From Ruminococcus sp. (GTDB taxonomy: Bacteria; Bacillota; Clostridia; Oscillospirales; Ruminococcaceae), in contig JAFXVY010000126.1 in the NCBI GenBank assembly GCA_017534595.1, positions 16,020 through 80,019 of the forward strand: a stretch of DNA of 64,000 bases. Reading direction: 5' to 3'. Below the pieces are notes generated by a model that worked only from the letters and a program-made list of their open reading frames with translations, did not search any database and had not been told where the DNA came from. Numbering within the stretch: position 1 is the first letter of the stretch; each line of letters opens with the position of its first letter. The position numbers were made by a program, and so were the translations under genes. Below are positions 18,663-27,243 of this stretch, one piece after another.

Positions 18663-19400
18663 ATGTCAAAGATCATTGCTGTAACCTCAGGTAAGGGCGG
18701 AACGGGCAAATCGTCCATCAGCGCCTGTCTTGGATATGCACTTGCCAAGCAGGGCAACAGGACGCTTATCATCGAGCTCGACTTCGGCCTGAGATGTATG
18801 GATATCATGCTCGGTATGCAGGGAAATATAACCTACGATCTGGGCGATGTTATCGAGGGTACCTGCGATGTCTATAAGGCTACGACCACGGTCAAGCTCG
18901 CATCGAACCTCAGCGTTCTGTGCGCACCCTCCGACCCGTTCGTTCAGCTCAAGACCGAAGATATCGAGAAGATCACCTCGGAGATGAAGAAATACTTCGA
19001 GTACATCATCATCGACACCTCGGCCGGCATCAACAACAGCGTATTTGATATCGTCACAAATTCCGATCTCATCCTGATCGTCACCACACCTGACCCTGTC
19101 TGCGTGCGTGACGCAAGAATGATGAGCGATGAGTTCTACAAGCGCGGCAACCAGAAGCAGCGCCTGCTCATCAACAAGGCAAGCAAGAGGATATTCGAGT
19201 ATGACGAGATGGACGATCTCGACGCTATCATAGATACCGTCGGCGTTCAGCTGCTCGGCGTTATCCCCGAGGACAGTGCGATACCCCTCGCTACCGGCAA
19301 GGGCGCTCCTCTTTCCTCGAGCTCAATGGGCTTCCTTGCTTTCTCGGCTATCTCGAGAAGGATCAAGGGCGAACACATCCCGCTCTCGCTGAAGATGTAA
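18663..19400 (+). CDS. MinD/ParA-family P-loop ATPase
   Basis: Deviant Walker A SGKGGTGKSS, MinD-like length (~245 aa) from the ATG at 18663. No minC or minE adjacent. Confidence 0.75.
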   Translation: MSKIIAVTSGKGGTGKSSISACLGYALAKQGNRTLIIELDFGLRCMDIMLGMQGNITYDLGDVIEGTCDVYKATTTVKLASNLSVLCAPSDPFVQLKTEDIEKITSEMKKYFEYIIIDTSAGINNSVFDIVTNSDLILIVTTPDPVCVRDARMMSDEFYKRGNQKQRLLINKASKRIFEYDEMDDLDAIIDTVGVQLLGVIPEDSAIPLATGKGAPLSSSSMGFLAFSAISRRIKGEHIPLSLKM

Positions 19401-19440
19401 GAGGGCAGACCGTAAAAATTTTAAAAGGGGGCGCAGCTGC

Positions 19441-19842
19441 TTGAATATCGCATTGATCGCACATGACTCCAAGAAGGAGCTTATGGTGCAGTTCTGCATA
19501 GCATATTGCGGAATACTCAGTAAACACACCCTTTGCGCAACAGGTACAACAGGCAAGATGGTAGGTGAGGCTACCGGGCTCAGGATCCAGCGCTATCTGA
19601 GCGGGTCTCAGGGCGGCGGAGAGCAGATCTCCGCAAGGATCAGCTGCAACGAGATAGATATTCTCCTGTTTTTCAGGGATCCCATATCCGCCAAGCCCAC
19701 CGAGCCGAAGGACAGTGACCTTCTCAGGCTCTGTGATGTACACAATATCCCGATCGCGACCAATATCGCGACTGCCGAGGCTCTTATCCACGCTCTCGAG
19801 CGCGGCGACCTCGACTGGAGAGAGATAGTAAATCCGTCATAA
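19441..19842 (+). CDS. mgsA: methylglyoxal synthase
   Basis: N-terminus NIALIAHDSKKELM and GTTG motif. ~133 aa. TTG start. Confidence 0.88.
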   Translation: MNIALIAHDSKKELMVQFCIAYCGILSKHTLCATGTTGKMVGEATGLRIQRYLSGSQGGGEQISARISCNEIDILLFFRDPISAKPTEPKDSDLLRLCDVHNIPIATNIATAEALIHALERGDLDWREIVNPS

Positions 19843-19864
19843 GTCAAAGCTTGACGGTATATAT

Positions 19865-20107
19865 GAAATGCTGTGACGGGGAGAGTAGGCTGCTCCTATG
19901 GTCTGCGTAAAGCGATGGACGGTACGGTGAAAGCGTCCGCAGGCAGGCATCCGAAGGACACCCCCGAGCACGCCGCTGACAAAGGCGGTGCGTAGCCTCT
20001 GCGTTAAGGAGAAGATAAGCGGCGGAGCTGTATCGAATGCTCCGCAATTAGGGTGGTATCACGATCACAGTCGTCCCTATTCAGGGGGCGGCTGTGTTTT
20101 TTTAAGC
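19865..20107 (+). promoter_or_regulatory. T-box riboswitch leader (His-type by context) with terminator
   Basis: Stem I start TGTGACGGGGAGAGTAG. Distal GGTGAAAG. Conserved T-box AATTAGGGTGGTATCACG (20046-20063). 12-bp terminator stem CACAGTCGTCCC/GGGGGCGGCTGTG followed by TTTTTTT (20066-20103). CAC triplets at 19959 and 19969 lie where a specifier would be expected. Confidence 0.85.
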
Positions 20108-20146
20108 CCGTCAGGGCAAAACGAAAGTAAGGAAAGGAAGAATGAA

Positions 20147-21493
20147 ATGGCAGTAAACATCAAAAGACCGAACGGAACCATGGACGTAGTCCCGGGCGAG
20201 GCTTATAAGTGGCATACCGTAGAGAGCGTGGTCAGGGAGAACGCCGAGCAGTTCGGTTTCAGGGAGATCAGGATCCCCACATTTGAGGAGACAGGGCTCT
20301 TCGTGCGTTCGGTGGGAGATACCACCGACGTCGTTCAGAAGGAGATGTACACCGTATCCTCCACCGGAGACAAGACTTATACACTCCGTCCCGAGGGCAC
20401 GGCGGGCGTCATCAGGGCTACGCTCGAAAACGGCATACTCAACGAGGGACTGCCGCAGAAGGTGTTCTATATGCTCTCCTGCTTCCGCCATGAGAAGGCT
20501 CAGAAGGGAAGGCTCAGAGAGTTCCACCAGTTCGGCTGCGAGATGTTCGGCTCCCCCGACCCCGTCGCCGACGCGGATGTCATCTCGCTGGCGCACAGCG
20601 TCATAGACAGGCTGGGGCTGAAGAACATAGTGCTCAATATCAATTCGATAGGCTGCCCCGAGTGCCGCGCAAAGTACAGATCGGCGCTCAGAGCCTTCTT
20701 TGAGCCCCATAGGGACGAGCTCTGCGAGACCTGCCGCGAGAGGCTCGAGAAGAACCCCCTGCGTCTGCTCGACTGCAAGTCGGCGGAGGATCAGGCTATC
20801 GCCAAGGACGCTCCGCTCATCACCGAGTTCCTCTGCGAGGACTGCTCGGTACACTTTGAGGGCGTCAAGAAGTATCTCGGGCTTATGGGCATTGATTACG
20901 TCGTAAATCCGAGGATCGTAAGAGGCCTCGATTACTATACCCGCACCGTGTTCGAGTTCATCACCTCGGATATCGGCTCGCAGGCAGCGGTCTGCGCCGG
21001 CGGACGCTACGATAACCTCGTGGAATCGCTGGGCGGCAAGCCTACTCCGGCTCTCGGCTTCGGAATGGGTCTCGAGCGCATAATCCTCACTATGGAGAGC
21101 CAGGGGCTCGATTTCATGGAGGAGAAGACCTGCGACCTCTACCTTGCACCCATGGGGCCTGCGGCTCTCGACAAGGCGATAGAGCTTGCCGCTGTGATGC
21201 GCAGCGAGGGCTTCTTCGTGGAGTATGACCTCGTCGGGCGCGGGCTCAAAGCACAGATGAAGTATGCCGACAAGATCGGCGCGAAATACGTTATAGTTAT
21301 CGGAGACAGCGAGCTTGAGACCGGCAATGCAAGACTCAAGAACATGGCTACCGGCGAGCAGATCGACATAGCCCTCGACTCTACGCTCTGCGACAGGTTC
21401 TCGGCAAGCTACTATGAGACGCTGCTTGCTGCCGACGATGAGCTCCGCGGCTTTGTGGAAACGCTTACGGGCGGCGGCGATACCGACAAGTAA
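20147..21493 (+). CDS. hisS: histidine--tRNA ligase
   Basis: Class II motifs (RPEGTA, FRHEKAQKGRLREFHQ, GGGRYD-like GGRYDNL). ATG at 20147 downstream of the T-box terminator with RBS AAGGAAAGGAAG. Confidence 0.92.
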   Translation: MAVNIKRPNGTMDVVPGEAYKWHTVESVVRENAEQFGFREIRIPTFEETGLFVRSVGDTTDVVQKEMYTVSSTGDKTYTLRPEGTAGVIRATLENGILNEGLPQKVFYMLSCFRHEKAQKGRLREFHQFGCEMFGSPDPVADADVISLAHSVIDRLGLKNIVLNINSIGCPECRAKYRSALRAFFEPHRDELCETCRERLEKNPLRLLDCKSAEDQAIAKDAPLITEFLCEDCSVHFEGVKKYLGLMGIDYVVNPRIVRGLDYYTRTVFEFITSDIGSQAAVCAGGRYDNLVESLGGKPTPALGFGMGLERIILTMESQGLDFMEEKTCDLYLAPMGPAALDKAIELAAVMRSEGFFVEYDLVGRGLKAQMKYADKIGAKYVIVIGDSELETGNARLKNMATGEQIDIALDSTLCDRFSASYYETLLAADDELRGFVETLTGGGDTDK

Positions 21494-21505
21494 GGAGGAA
21501 ACGAT

Positions 21506-21826
21506 ATGAGATGCGATAACTGCAATATGATCCCCATAATCGAGTTCAACTCGCCTGTGGACTACCTTGCGGCGCTGGAGGCGTTCGATAAGATGGTCAA
21601 GCACGGCACCATGGAGATCGCTTATCAGAATATGCCGATAGACATAATGCTGGCGGGAGGGATAAACCTCAAGGAAAAGTTCTTCCACCAGTTCCGCTGC
21701 CCCGAGTGCGGGACGATCTACGGGATGTTCGTGAATATGAGAGCGGGCGGTCAGATCAAGATCGACGAGAGAGTGTTTGACCCCGCCGATTATCCCGATC
21801 CTCCCGAGAAGAAAGAGGAGAACTGA
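21506..21826 (+). CDS. small zinc-ribbon-like protein, unknown function
   Basis: CDNC...CPEC cysteine pairs. Tightly packed behind hisS. Confidence 0.5.
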   Translation: MRCDNCNMIPIIEFNSPVDYLAALEAFDKMVKHGTMEIAYQNMPIDIMLAGGINLKEKFFHQFRCPECGTIYGMFVNMRAGGQIKIDERVFDPADYPDPPEKKEEN

Positions 21827-22347
21827 TGCTTTCGGTATTGCCCGTGAGCTTTGAATACAGAACGTCGCTTTCCCCGAAGAAGCTGGCACGCAAGCTCGAC
21901 CGCGAGCTCACCGAGCACCGCCCGACGCTGAACATCATGTCGCAGGGGCGGTTCATGCGGGCTCATAAGTTCGAGAGCTGCTTTTACGGCTGCCGGACAT
22001 CTTCGGAGAAGTTTCAGGTCTTTCATCATCAGGCCAGGAAGCGCGACGGCGGCTCCACGGGTTTTTTCGGTACGATGACCGCTGACGGCAGCGGTACCCG
22101 CATAACAGGTTCCTTCCGCAAGCCGGTCTACACCTACGTCTTCGCGGCGGTGTGGACAGTGGTGATAATCCTGCTCGCGCTCATGGCCGCGGGACTCCGG
22201 GAATTCGTTGCGTCCGCCTGTTTTTTCGGCGTCTGGGTAGTGGGGACGGTGCTTATGTTCAACGACGACAAAAAGCCGATAATACGGGCGTTCCTTGAGA
22301 ACCTTCCCGCCGCGGAACAGTCGGATGACGGGGAGGACGGAGCATGA
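21826..22347 (+). CDS. membrane protein, unknown function
   Basis: ~100-aa soluble N-domain then two TMs (VYTYVFAAVWTVVIILLALMAAG, ACFFGVWVVGTVLMF). Start overlaps the preceding stop. Confidence 0.5.
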   Translation: MLSVLPVSFEYRTSLSPKKLARKLDRELTEHRPTLNIMSQGRFMRAHKFESCFYGCRTSSEKFQVFHHQARKRDGGSTGFFGTMTADGSGTRITGSFRKPVYTYVFAAVWTVVIILLALMAAGLREFVASACFFGVWVVGTVLMFNDDKKPIIRAFLENLPAAEQSDDGEDGA

Positions 22348-22805
22348 CCGGGAACATCAGGCCGGCTCGCGCCTCCGACGCTTCGAGGATCGCGGAGCTG
22401 ATAGTATTCAACTACCGGATGAATTTTTACCGCTTCTTTCATAACGACGAGTTCTATTTCGGGGAGCTCAACGTCATCGACACCGCCGCAGAGTATGCGC
22501 AGGGGTCGCAGGCGCTCTCCGAGGTGTGGGTCTACGATGACGGAGCGGTCAAGGGGATGCTCCGCGTAAGCGGGGATGAGATAGTAAAGCTGTTCGTCGA
22601 TCCGCAGTTCCAGAGCAGCGGCATAGGTTCGGAGCTGCTGCGCTATGCTTACGGTACCCTCGGCGCCGACTGGCTCTGGGTGCTCGAATACAACGAGCGC
22701 GGCAGGCAGTTCTACCGCCGCCACGGCTTTGAGCTGACGGGAGAGAAGATGATCGAGGACGAATGGGTGCCGCTGCTGAAAATGCGGCGGTGTTTGGAGG
22801 GGTAA
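22344..22805 (+). CDS. GNAT-family N-acetyltransferase
   Basis: AcCoA-binding motif A LFVDPQFQSSGIGSELL, then YNERGRQFYRRHGF. 4-nt overlap with the upstream gene. Confidence 0.8.
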   Translation: MTGNIRPARASDASRIAELIVFNYRMNFYRFFHNDEFYFGELNVIDTAAEYAQGSQALSEVWVYDDGAVKGMLRVSGDEIVKLFVDPQFQSSGIGSELLRYAYGTLGADWLWVLEYNERGRQFYRRHGFELTGEKMIEDEWVPLLKMRRCLEG

Positions 22806-22808
22806 CTT

Positions 22809-23612
22809 TTGAAGATAATCTGCAACGCCTGCAGCAAGAAATACGACCCGCTCAAGACAGAGGGCATCTGCCCCTACTGCGGTATGCACGCCGCCGACGC
22901 ACAGATAGCGGAGGCGCGGGCCAACGACCGCGTCAAGGGCGGCAGCGTCACAGAGGTGCTGCGAAGCTACCTGAACGAGAAACTCCGCAAGGAAAAGAAG
23001 CTCTCGCCGCTGCGTCAGAAGAAAACGCAGCTGCTGATCTGCCTTGCACTGGTGGGGTGTATGGTGCTGGTCGGGTATCTCGGCTACCGCAAGTATCAGG
23101 AGCGGCTGGATTACTATGTCGCCCAGCGGACTACCAACGATATATCCCGGGTCGGGATCCGGATGGGAGAGACCTTCGTGCTCGCCGGCGAGGACGGCAG
23201 ATCGGAGTTCAGGTTCCTGAGCTCACGCTGCGCTTCGGAGTATCAGAGCCTTGTGGAAGGCGATTTCAAGCTCATCGAGCTGGAGTATGAGGACAGCGGC
23301 AGCGTTTACAGCCAGAGAATGTCAGATATCTACATCACCACTGCGTCGGGCTGCACAGCCAAGATACTCAACAGATATACGGTAATGGATATCGTCGGGC
23401 TCACGGAGGAGCAGTTTCGGTCGGGCGAGTATGAGGACGGCCTCTTTACTGCGGGAAAAAATCAGCCCGCAAAGCACAAGGTGCTCTTCGCTCTGCCGAA
23501 GGACGACAAGGAATGCACCGTCTGCGTGCTGTCCTCCAACGACCTCTACGCCCGGGACAAGACCACCGATGTGAAATATGAGCTCAGGCTCGGAGAGGGG
23601 GATCTGAAATGA
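22809..23612 (+). CDS. zinc-ribbon / single-TM protein with beta-rich ectodomain
   Basis: CNAC...CPYCG, TM LLICLALVGCMVLVGYLGY. TTG start. Confidence 0.5.
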   Translation: MKIICNACSKKYDPLKTEGICPYCGMHAADAQIAEARANDRVKGGSVTEVLRSYLNEKLRKEKKLSPLRQKKTQLLICLALVGCMVLVGYLGYRKYQERLDYYVAQRTTNDISRVGIRMGETFVLAGEDGRSEFRFLSSRCASEYQSLVEGDFKLIELEYEDSGSVYSQRMSDIYITTASGCTAKILNRYTVMDIVGLTEEQFRSGEYEDGLFTAGKNQPAKHKVLFALPKDDKECTVCVLSSNDLYARDKTTDVKYELRLGEGDLK

Positions 23613-24109
23613 CTCTGTTCTTCGAGATAATCTTTGAGCTGCTCAAGAAGCTCTACCGCTTCTTCGGGCCGGCAGTGTTCGTGGCAGCGGTGCTGGTCAT
23701 CGAGATAATAGCCGTGCCGAACATAGCCGACAGCAAGGCCTCCGCGGAGGCTATGCACCGCGAGACCAACGAGGTCGTCTCTTTTGAGGAGACAGGCTAT
23801 AACGAGGAGACCATGGACAGAGTGTTCAAGGCGGTGCTGCGCAACACAGGCTCCGACGCCACCGTTATCGGTTCGCTCTACATAACCGATGAGAGCGGCA
23901 AGAGCATCTTCAACTATGTCGAGACCGAGTTCGAGACCTTCCAGGTCGCCGGCAGGAGAGCGGTAACGAGCTACATCCCGCCGGGAAGCGAGTGCGTGGT
24001 GACTGTCCGCATTGACGACTACAAGCTCGAGGGCATCGACCACCTCTATGTCAGCGACCTCTATTCGCAGAACGATAAGGGCAAGCGCTTCGACATAGAG
24101 AAGAAATAA
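23609..24109 (+). CDS. single-TM protein with beta-rich ectodomain
   Basis: N-terminal TM FFGPAVFVAAVLVIEIIAV. ATGA overlap with the upstream gene. Confidence 0.5.
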   Translation: MTLFFEIIFELLKKLYRFFGPAVFVAAVLVIEIIAVPNIADSKASAEAMHRETNEVVSFEETGYNEETMDRVFKAVLRNTGSDATVIGSLYITDESGKSIFNYVETEFETFQVAGRRAVTSYIPPGSECVVTVRIDDYKLEGIDHLYVSDLYSQNDKGKRFDIEKK

Positions 24110-24150
24110 AACAAACAACATCTAATACATACAGGAAAGAGGAAAATCAA

Positions 24151-25938
24151 ATGAAACTGGACACTATGGGAAATCTTCGCCGTACAGTTTACTGCGGCGA
24201 GGTATCGGAGATCGGCAGCGAGGCTGTGGTCTGCGGATTTGTTGAGAGAGTAAGGAACAAGGGCGGCGTTATCTTCATCGTTCTGCGCGACAGAACGGGA
24301 GTCGTTCAGCTGCTGTTCAACGATAAGTCCGACCCGGCCGTATTCGAGAAGGCCGAGCAGGTAAGAGGCGAGTATGTCCTCATGGCTAAGGGTAAGGTAG
24401 TCGAGCGCGAGAGCAAGAACGACAAGCTCCCCACCGGCCACCTCGAGATCTTCGTTGACGACCTGAGAGTCCTCTCGCAGGCGGAGACCACCCCCTTTGA
24501 GGTCACCAACTCGGACAACGTCCGCGAGGAGCTCAAGCTCAAGTACAGATACCTTGACCTGAGAAATCCCAGACTCCAAAAAAACCTTATCACCCGCCAT
24601 AAGATCGCGCGGGTGACAAGAGAGTATTTCTACGAGAACGGCTTTCTTGAGATCGAGACCCCGATGATGATAAAGTCCACCCCCGAGGGCGCAAGAGACT
24701 ATCTCGTTCCCTCGCGTATACATGAGGGCAGGTTCTATGCGCTGCCCCAGTCGCCGCAGATCTACAAGCAGCTGCTTATGATCTCCGGCTATGACAGATA
24801 CGTCCAGCTCGCACGCTGCTTCCGCGACGAGGATCTCCGCGCCGACAGACAGCCCGAGTTCACTCAGGTGGATTTCGAGATGTCCTTCGTTGACGCCGAG
24901 GATATCCAGACCTGCGTCGAGGGCTATATGGCAAGGCTCTTCAGGGAGATCATGGGCATCGAGCTCACTCTCCCCCTGCCCCGCCTGACCTTCGCCGACG
25001 CCATGGCACGCTACGGCTCCGACAAGCCGGATACCCGCTTCGGCTTCGAGATACAGGATATCTCAGAGACGGTCAAGGATATTGATTTCGTCGTGTTCAA
25101 GTCTGCGCTCGAAGAGGGCGGCTCGGTAAGAGCCATCTGCGTCAAGGACGGCGCCGCGACCTACACCCGCAAGGAGATCGACAAGCTCATCGAGCACGCA
25201 AAGGGCATCGGCGCAAAGGGCCTTGCCTATATCCGCTGGGCGGAGGAGCCCAACTGCTCCTTCAAGAAGTTCCTCAAGGACGGCGAGCTCGAGAGCATCT
25301 GCGAGGCGGTGGGAGCCGTACAGGGCGACCTCGTGCTCATCTGCGCTGACAAGAACAAGGTAGTCCTCCCGACCCTCGGCGCGATCAGACTTATCTGCGG
25401 CAAGCGCCTCGGAGTCGTTGACGAGAACAAGTACAATCTCCTGTGGATCACCGAGATGCCTTTCTTTGAGTATGACGAGGAGAGCGGCGCGTGGGTCGCT
25501 GCACACCACCCGTTCACCATGCCCATGGAGGAATGCCTCGAGTACCTCGACACCGATCCCGCAAACGTCAGAGCAAAGGCCTGGGATCTCGTGCTCAACG
25601 GCACCGAGCTTTCCAGCGGCTCCATGCGTATCACCAACTTCGAGCTCCAGCAGAAGATGTTTGAAGCCCTCGGCATGACCGATGAGGAGATACAGGCGAA
25701 GTTCGGCTTCCTCGTTGACGCCTACCGCTACGCCGCACCGCCTCACGGAGGCATGGGTATCGGCCTCGACCGTATCACCATGATCCTCTGCGGCGCCGAC
25801 AGCCTCAGAGACGTTGTTGCGTTCCCGAAGGTTCAGAACGCCTCCGAGCTTATGAGCGAGAGCCCCTCCGCAGTAGACCCCAAGCAGCTCGACGAGCTCC
25901 ATATCGCCCTCAAGCTCTCGGAGAAGGAGCAGGCATAA
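24151..25938 (+). CDS. aspS: aspartate--tRNA ligase
   Basis: FYALPQSPQ, CFRDEDLRADRQPEFTQ, GGMGIGLDR class IIb motifs. 595 aa. Confidence 0.93.
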   Translation: MKLDTMGNLRRTVYCGEVSEIGSEAVVCGFVERVRNKGGVIFIVLRDRTGVVQLLFNDKSDPAVFEKAEQVRGEYVLMAKGKVVERESKNDKLPTGHLEIFVDDLRVLSQAETTPFEVTNSDNVREELKLKYRYLDLRNPRLQKNLITRHKIARVTREYFYENGFLEIETPMMIKSTPEGARDYLVPSRIHEGRFYALPQSPQIYKQLLMISGYDRYVQLARCFRDEDLRADRQPEFTQVDFEMSFVDAEDIQTCVEGYMARLFREIMGIELTLPLPRLTFADAMARYGSDKPDTRFGFEIQDISETVKDIDFVVFKSALEEGGSVRAICVKDGAATYTRKEIDKLIEHAKGIGAKGLAYIRWAEEPNCSFKKFLKDGELESICEAVGAVQGDLVLICADKNKVVLPTLGAIRLICGKRLGVVDENKYNLLWITEMPFFEYDEESGAWVAAHHPFTMPMEECLEYLDTDPANVRAKAWDLVLNGTELSSGSMRITNFELQQKMFEALGMTDEEIQAKFGFLVDAYRYAAPPHGGMGIGLDRITMILCGADSLRDVVAFPKVQNASELMSESPSAVDPKQLDELHIALKLSEKEQA

Positions 25939-26076
25939 GCCCCGAAAGGCCGCTGCTTTGCCGAAAAAATGAACAAGGTGCCGGAGGGCATATTCCCAAG
26001 ACTATCAAAAAGCAACAAAACTGCATATATCGAATTGTGTTTTTTGCAAAAATTTAGGCATTACTATTAAATTCTA

Positions 26077-26105
26077 TTGACAAATTGTAAAATAAATGTT
26101 ATACT
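26077..26105 (+). promoter_or_regulatory. SigA-type promoter
   Basis: TTGACA (26077-26082), 17 nt, TATACT (26100-26105). About 60 nt upstream of the 26166 ATG. Confidence 0.55.
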
Positions 26106-26165
26106 GATGTATGGTCTATTATGATACTATGCCCGTCTTCCGACGGGTGACAGGAGGAAAAATTT

Positions 26166-27197
26166 ATGGCGGAAAGCAGATTCATCAAGACAGTCGTGTT
26201 CGGAGGCTATGACAAGGCCGACGTCGATAAGAAGCTCGAATTCCTTTATTCGCAGTATTATGAGCTCAAGAACTCTCTCAGAGAGGCTAAGCTCCTGCTC
26301 AACAAGTACAAGGAAGGCGCAGATGCGGATTCTGCTTATGAAGCCGTGCTCGCAAACGAAAGAGCAAAGCTCTCCGAGTTCCAGGTCAAGAACGAGACCA
26401 TGAGCGAGAAGCTCAAGGCCGTCGATGATGACAACAAGAACAAGGAAAAAGAGATCGCAGAGCTCAAGGAAAAGCTCCAGGCAGCCGAGGAGGCTCTTAC
26501 CGAGGCCAACAACAAGCTCACGGCTACCTCCGGCGGAGACGCTTCGATGCTCGGCGTGGTATTTGCCGAGGCTCAGAAGTCCGCGACAATGATCATCACC
26601 ACCGCCAAGCAGCAGGCATCGGATCTCGAGAACGACTCCAAGAAGCTCGCCGAGAACACCGTTACCGACGCCAACAACAAGGCCATGAAGATCATCTACG
26701 ACGCCGAGGTCAGAGCCGCAGAGCTCACCGCTGACGCCGAGAACAAGTCCGCGAGTATGGAGGTCGCTTCCGGCAACCTCAAGGCTACGATGCTCAGCGA
26801 TATGTCCAAGGTCGGCGTGGAGATGGCAAAGCTCAGAAAGCTGCTTTCCGACTTCGAGAAGACCGGCATGACAATGCTCGACGAGAGCGAGAAGCTGCTT
26901 GAGGATACTCAGGCCGAGCTGCTCGCCGGCGGAGTTCCCGTATTCAGGGAGCCCACCATGACATCCGCGAAGCTCCCCGATGCTCCCGAGTATCAGGAGG
27001 TAGACAATACATACGTTACCGGCGGCGGTGAGGCTGCTGCCAAGAAGAATGAGGAGCTCGACAAGCTCAAGGCCATGGCTGCTTCCATAGGCGGCGGCAA
27101 GCCCAAGGCAGAGGCTCCCAAGCCCGCAGAGGAAAGTGTCCCCAAGAGCGGCAGCTCGCTCGACGATATCCTGAAGAAGGCTAAGTCGATCAAGTAA
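26166..27197 (+). CDS. DivIVA-domain coiled-coil protein
   Basis: N-terminus F.KTVVFGGYDKADVDKKLEFL resembles the DivIVA N-domain. The rest is a long heptad-rich coiled coil with an A/P/K-rich tail. Confidence 0.6.
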   Translation: MAESRFIKTVVFGGYDKADVDKKLEFLYSQYYELKNSLREAKLLLNKYKEGADADSAYEAVLANERAKLSEFQVKNETMSEKLKAVDDDNKNKEKEIAELKEKLQAAEEALTEANNKLTATSGGDASMLGVVFAEAQKSATMIITTAKQQASDLENDSKKLAENTVTDANNKAMKIIYDAEVRAAELTADAENKSASMEVASGNLKATMLSDMSKVGVEMAKLRKLLSDFEKTGMTMLDESEKLLEDTQAELLAGGVPVFREPTMTSAKLPDAPEYQEVDNTYVTGGGEAAAKKNEELDKLKAMAASIGGGKPKAEAPKPAEESVPKSGSSLDDILKKAKSIK

Positions 27198-27243
27198 TAC
27201 CCCAAGGCTTAAATGCTAACAAGATCAGGAGGAATAATCTAAC

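Noticed and set aside
19988-20146. Upstream extension of hisS, and likewise of GH130 (12930), the MinD-like gene (18591), ypeB (54746), the desulfurase (54931) and cinA (57868)
   Set aside because: The extensions run through a T-box leader and terminator or through AT-rich promoter DNA. Internal ATGs with good SD sequences coincide with the start of recognisable homology.
20111-21889. 592-aa minus-strand ORF spanning hisS
   Set aside because: It lies antisense to a gene with clear class II aaRS motifs and has no recognisable motifs of its own. Its Arg/Leu/Ala/Gly-rich composition is typical of shadow ORFs in GC-rich coding DNA.
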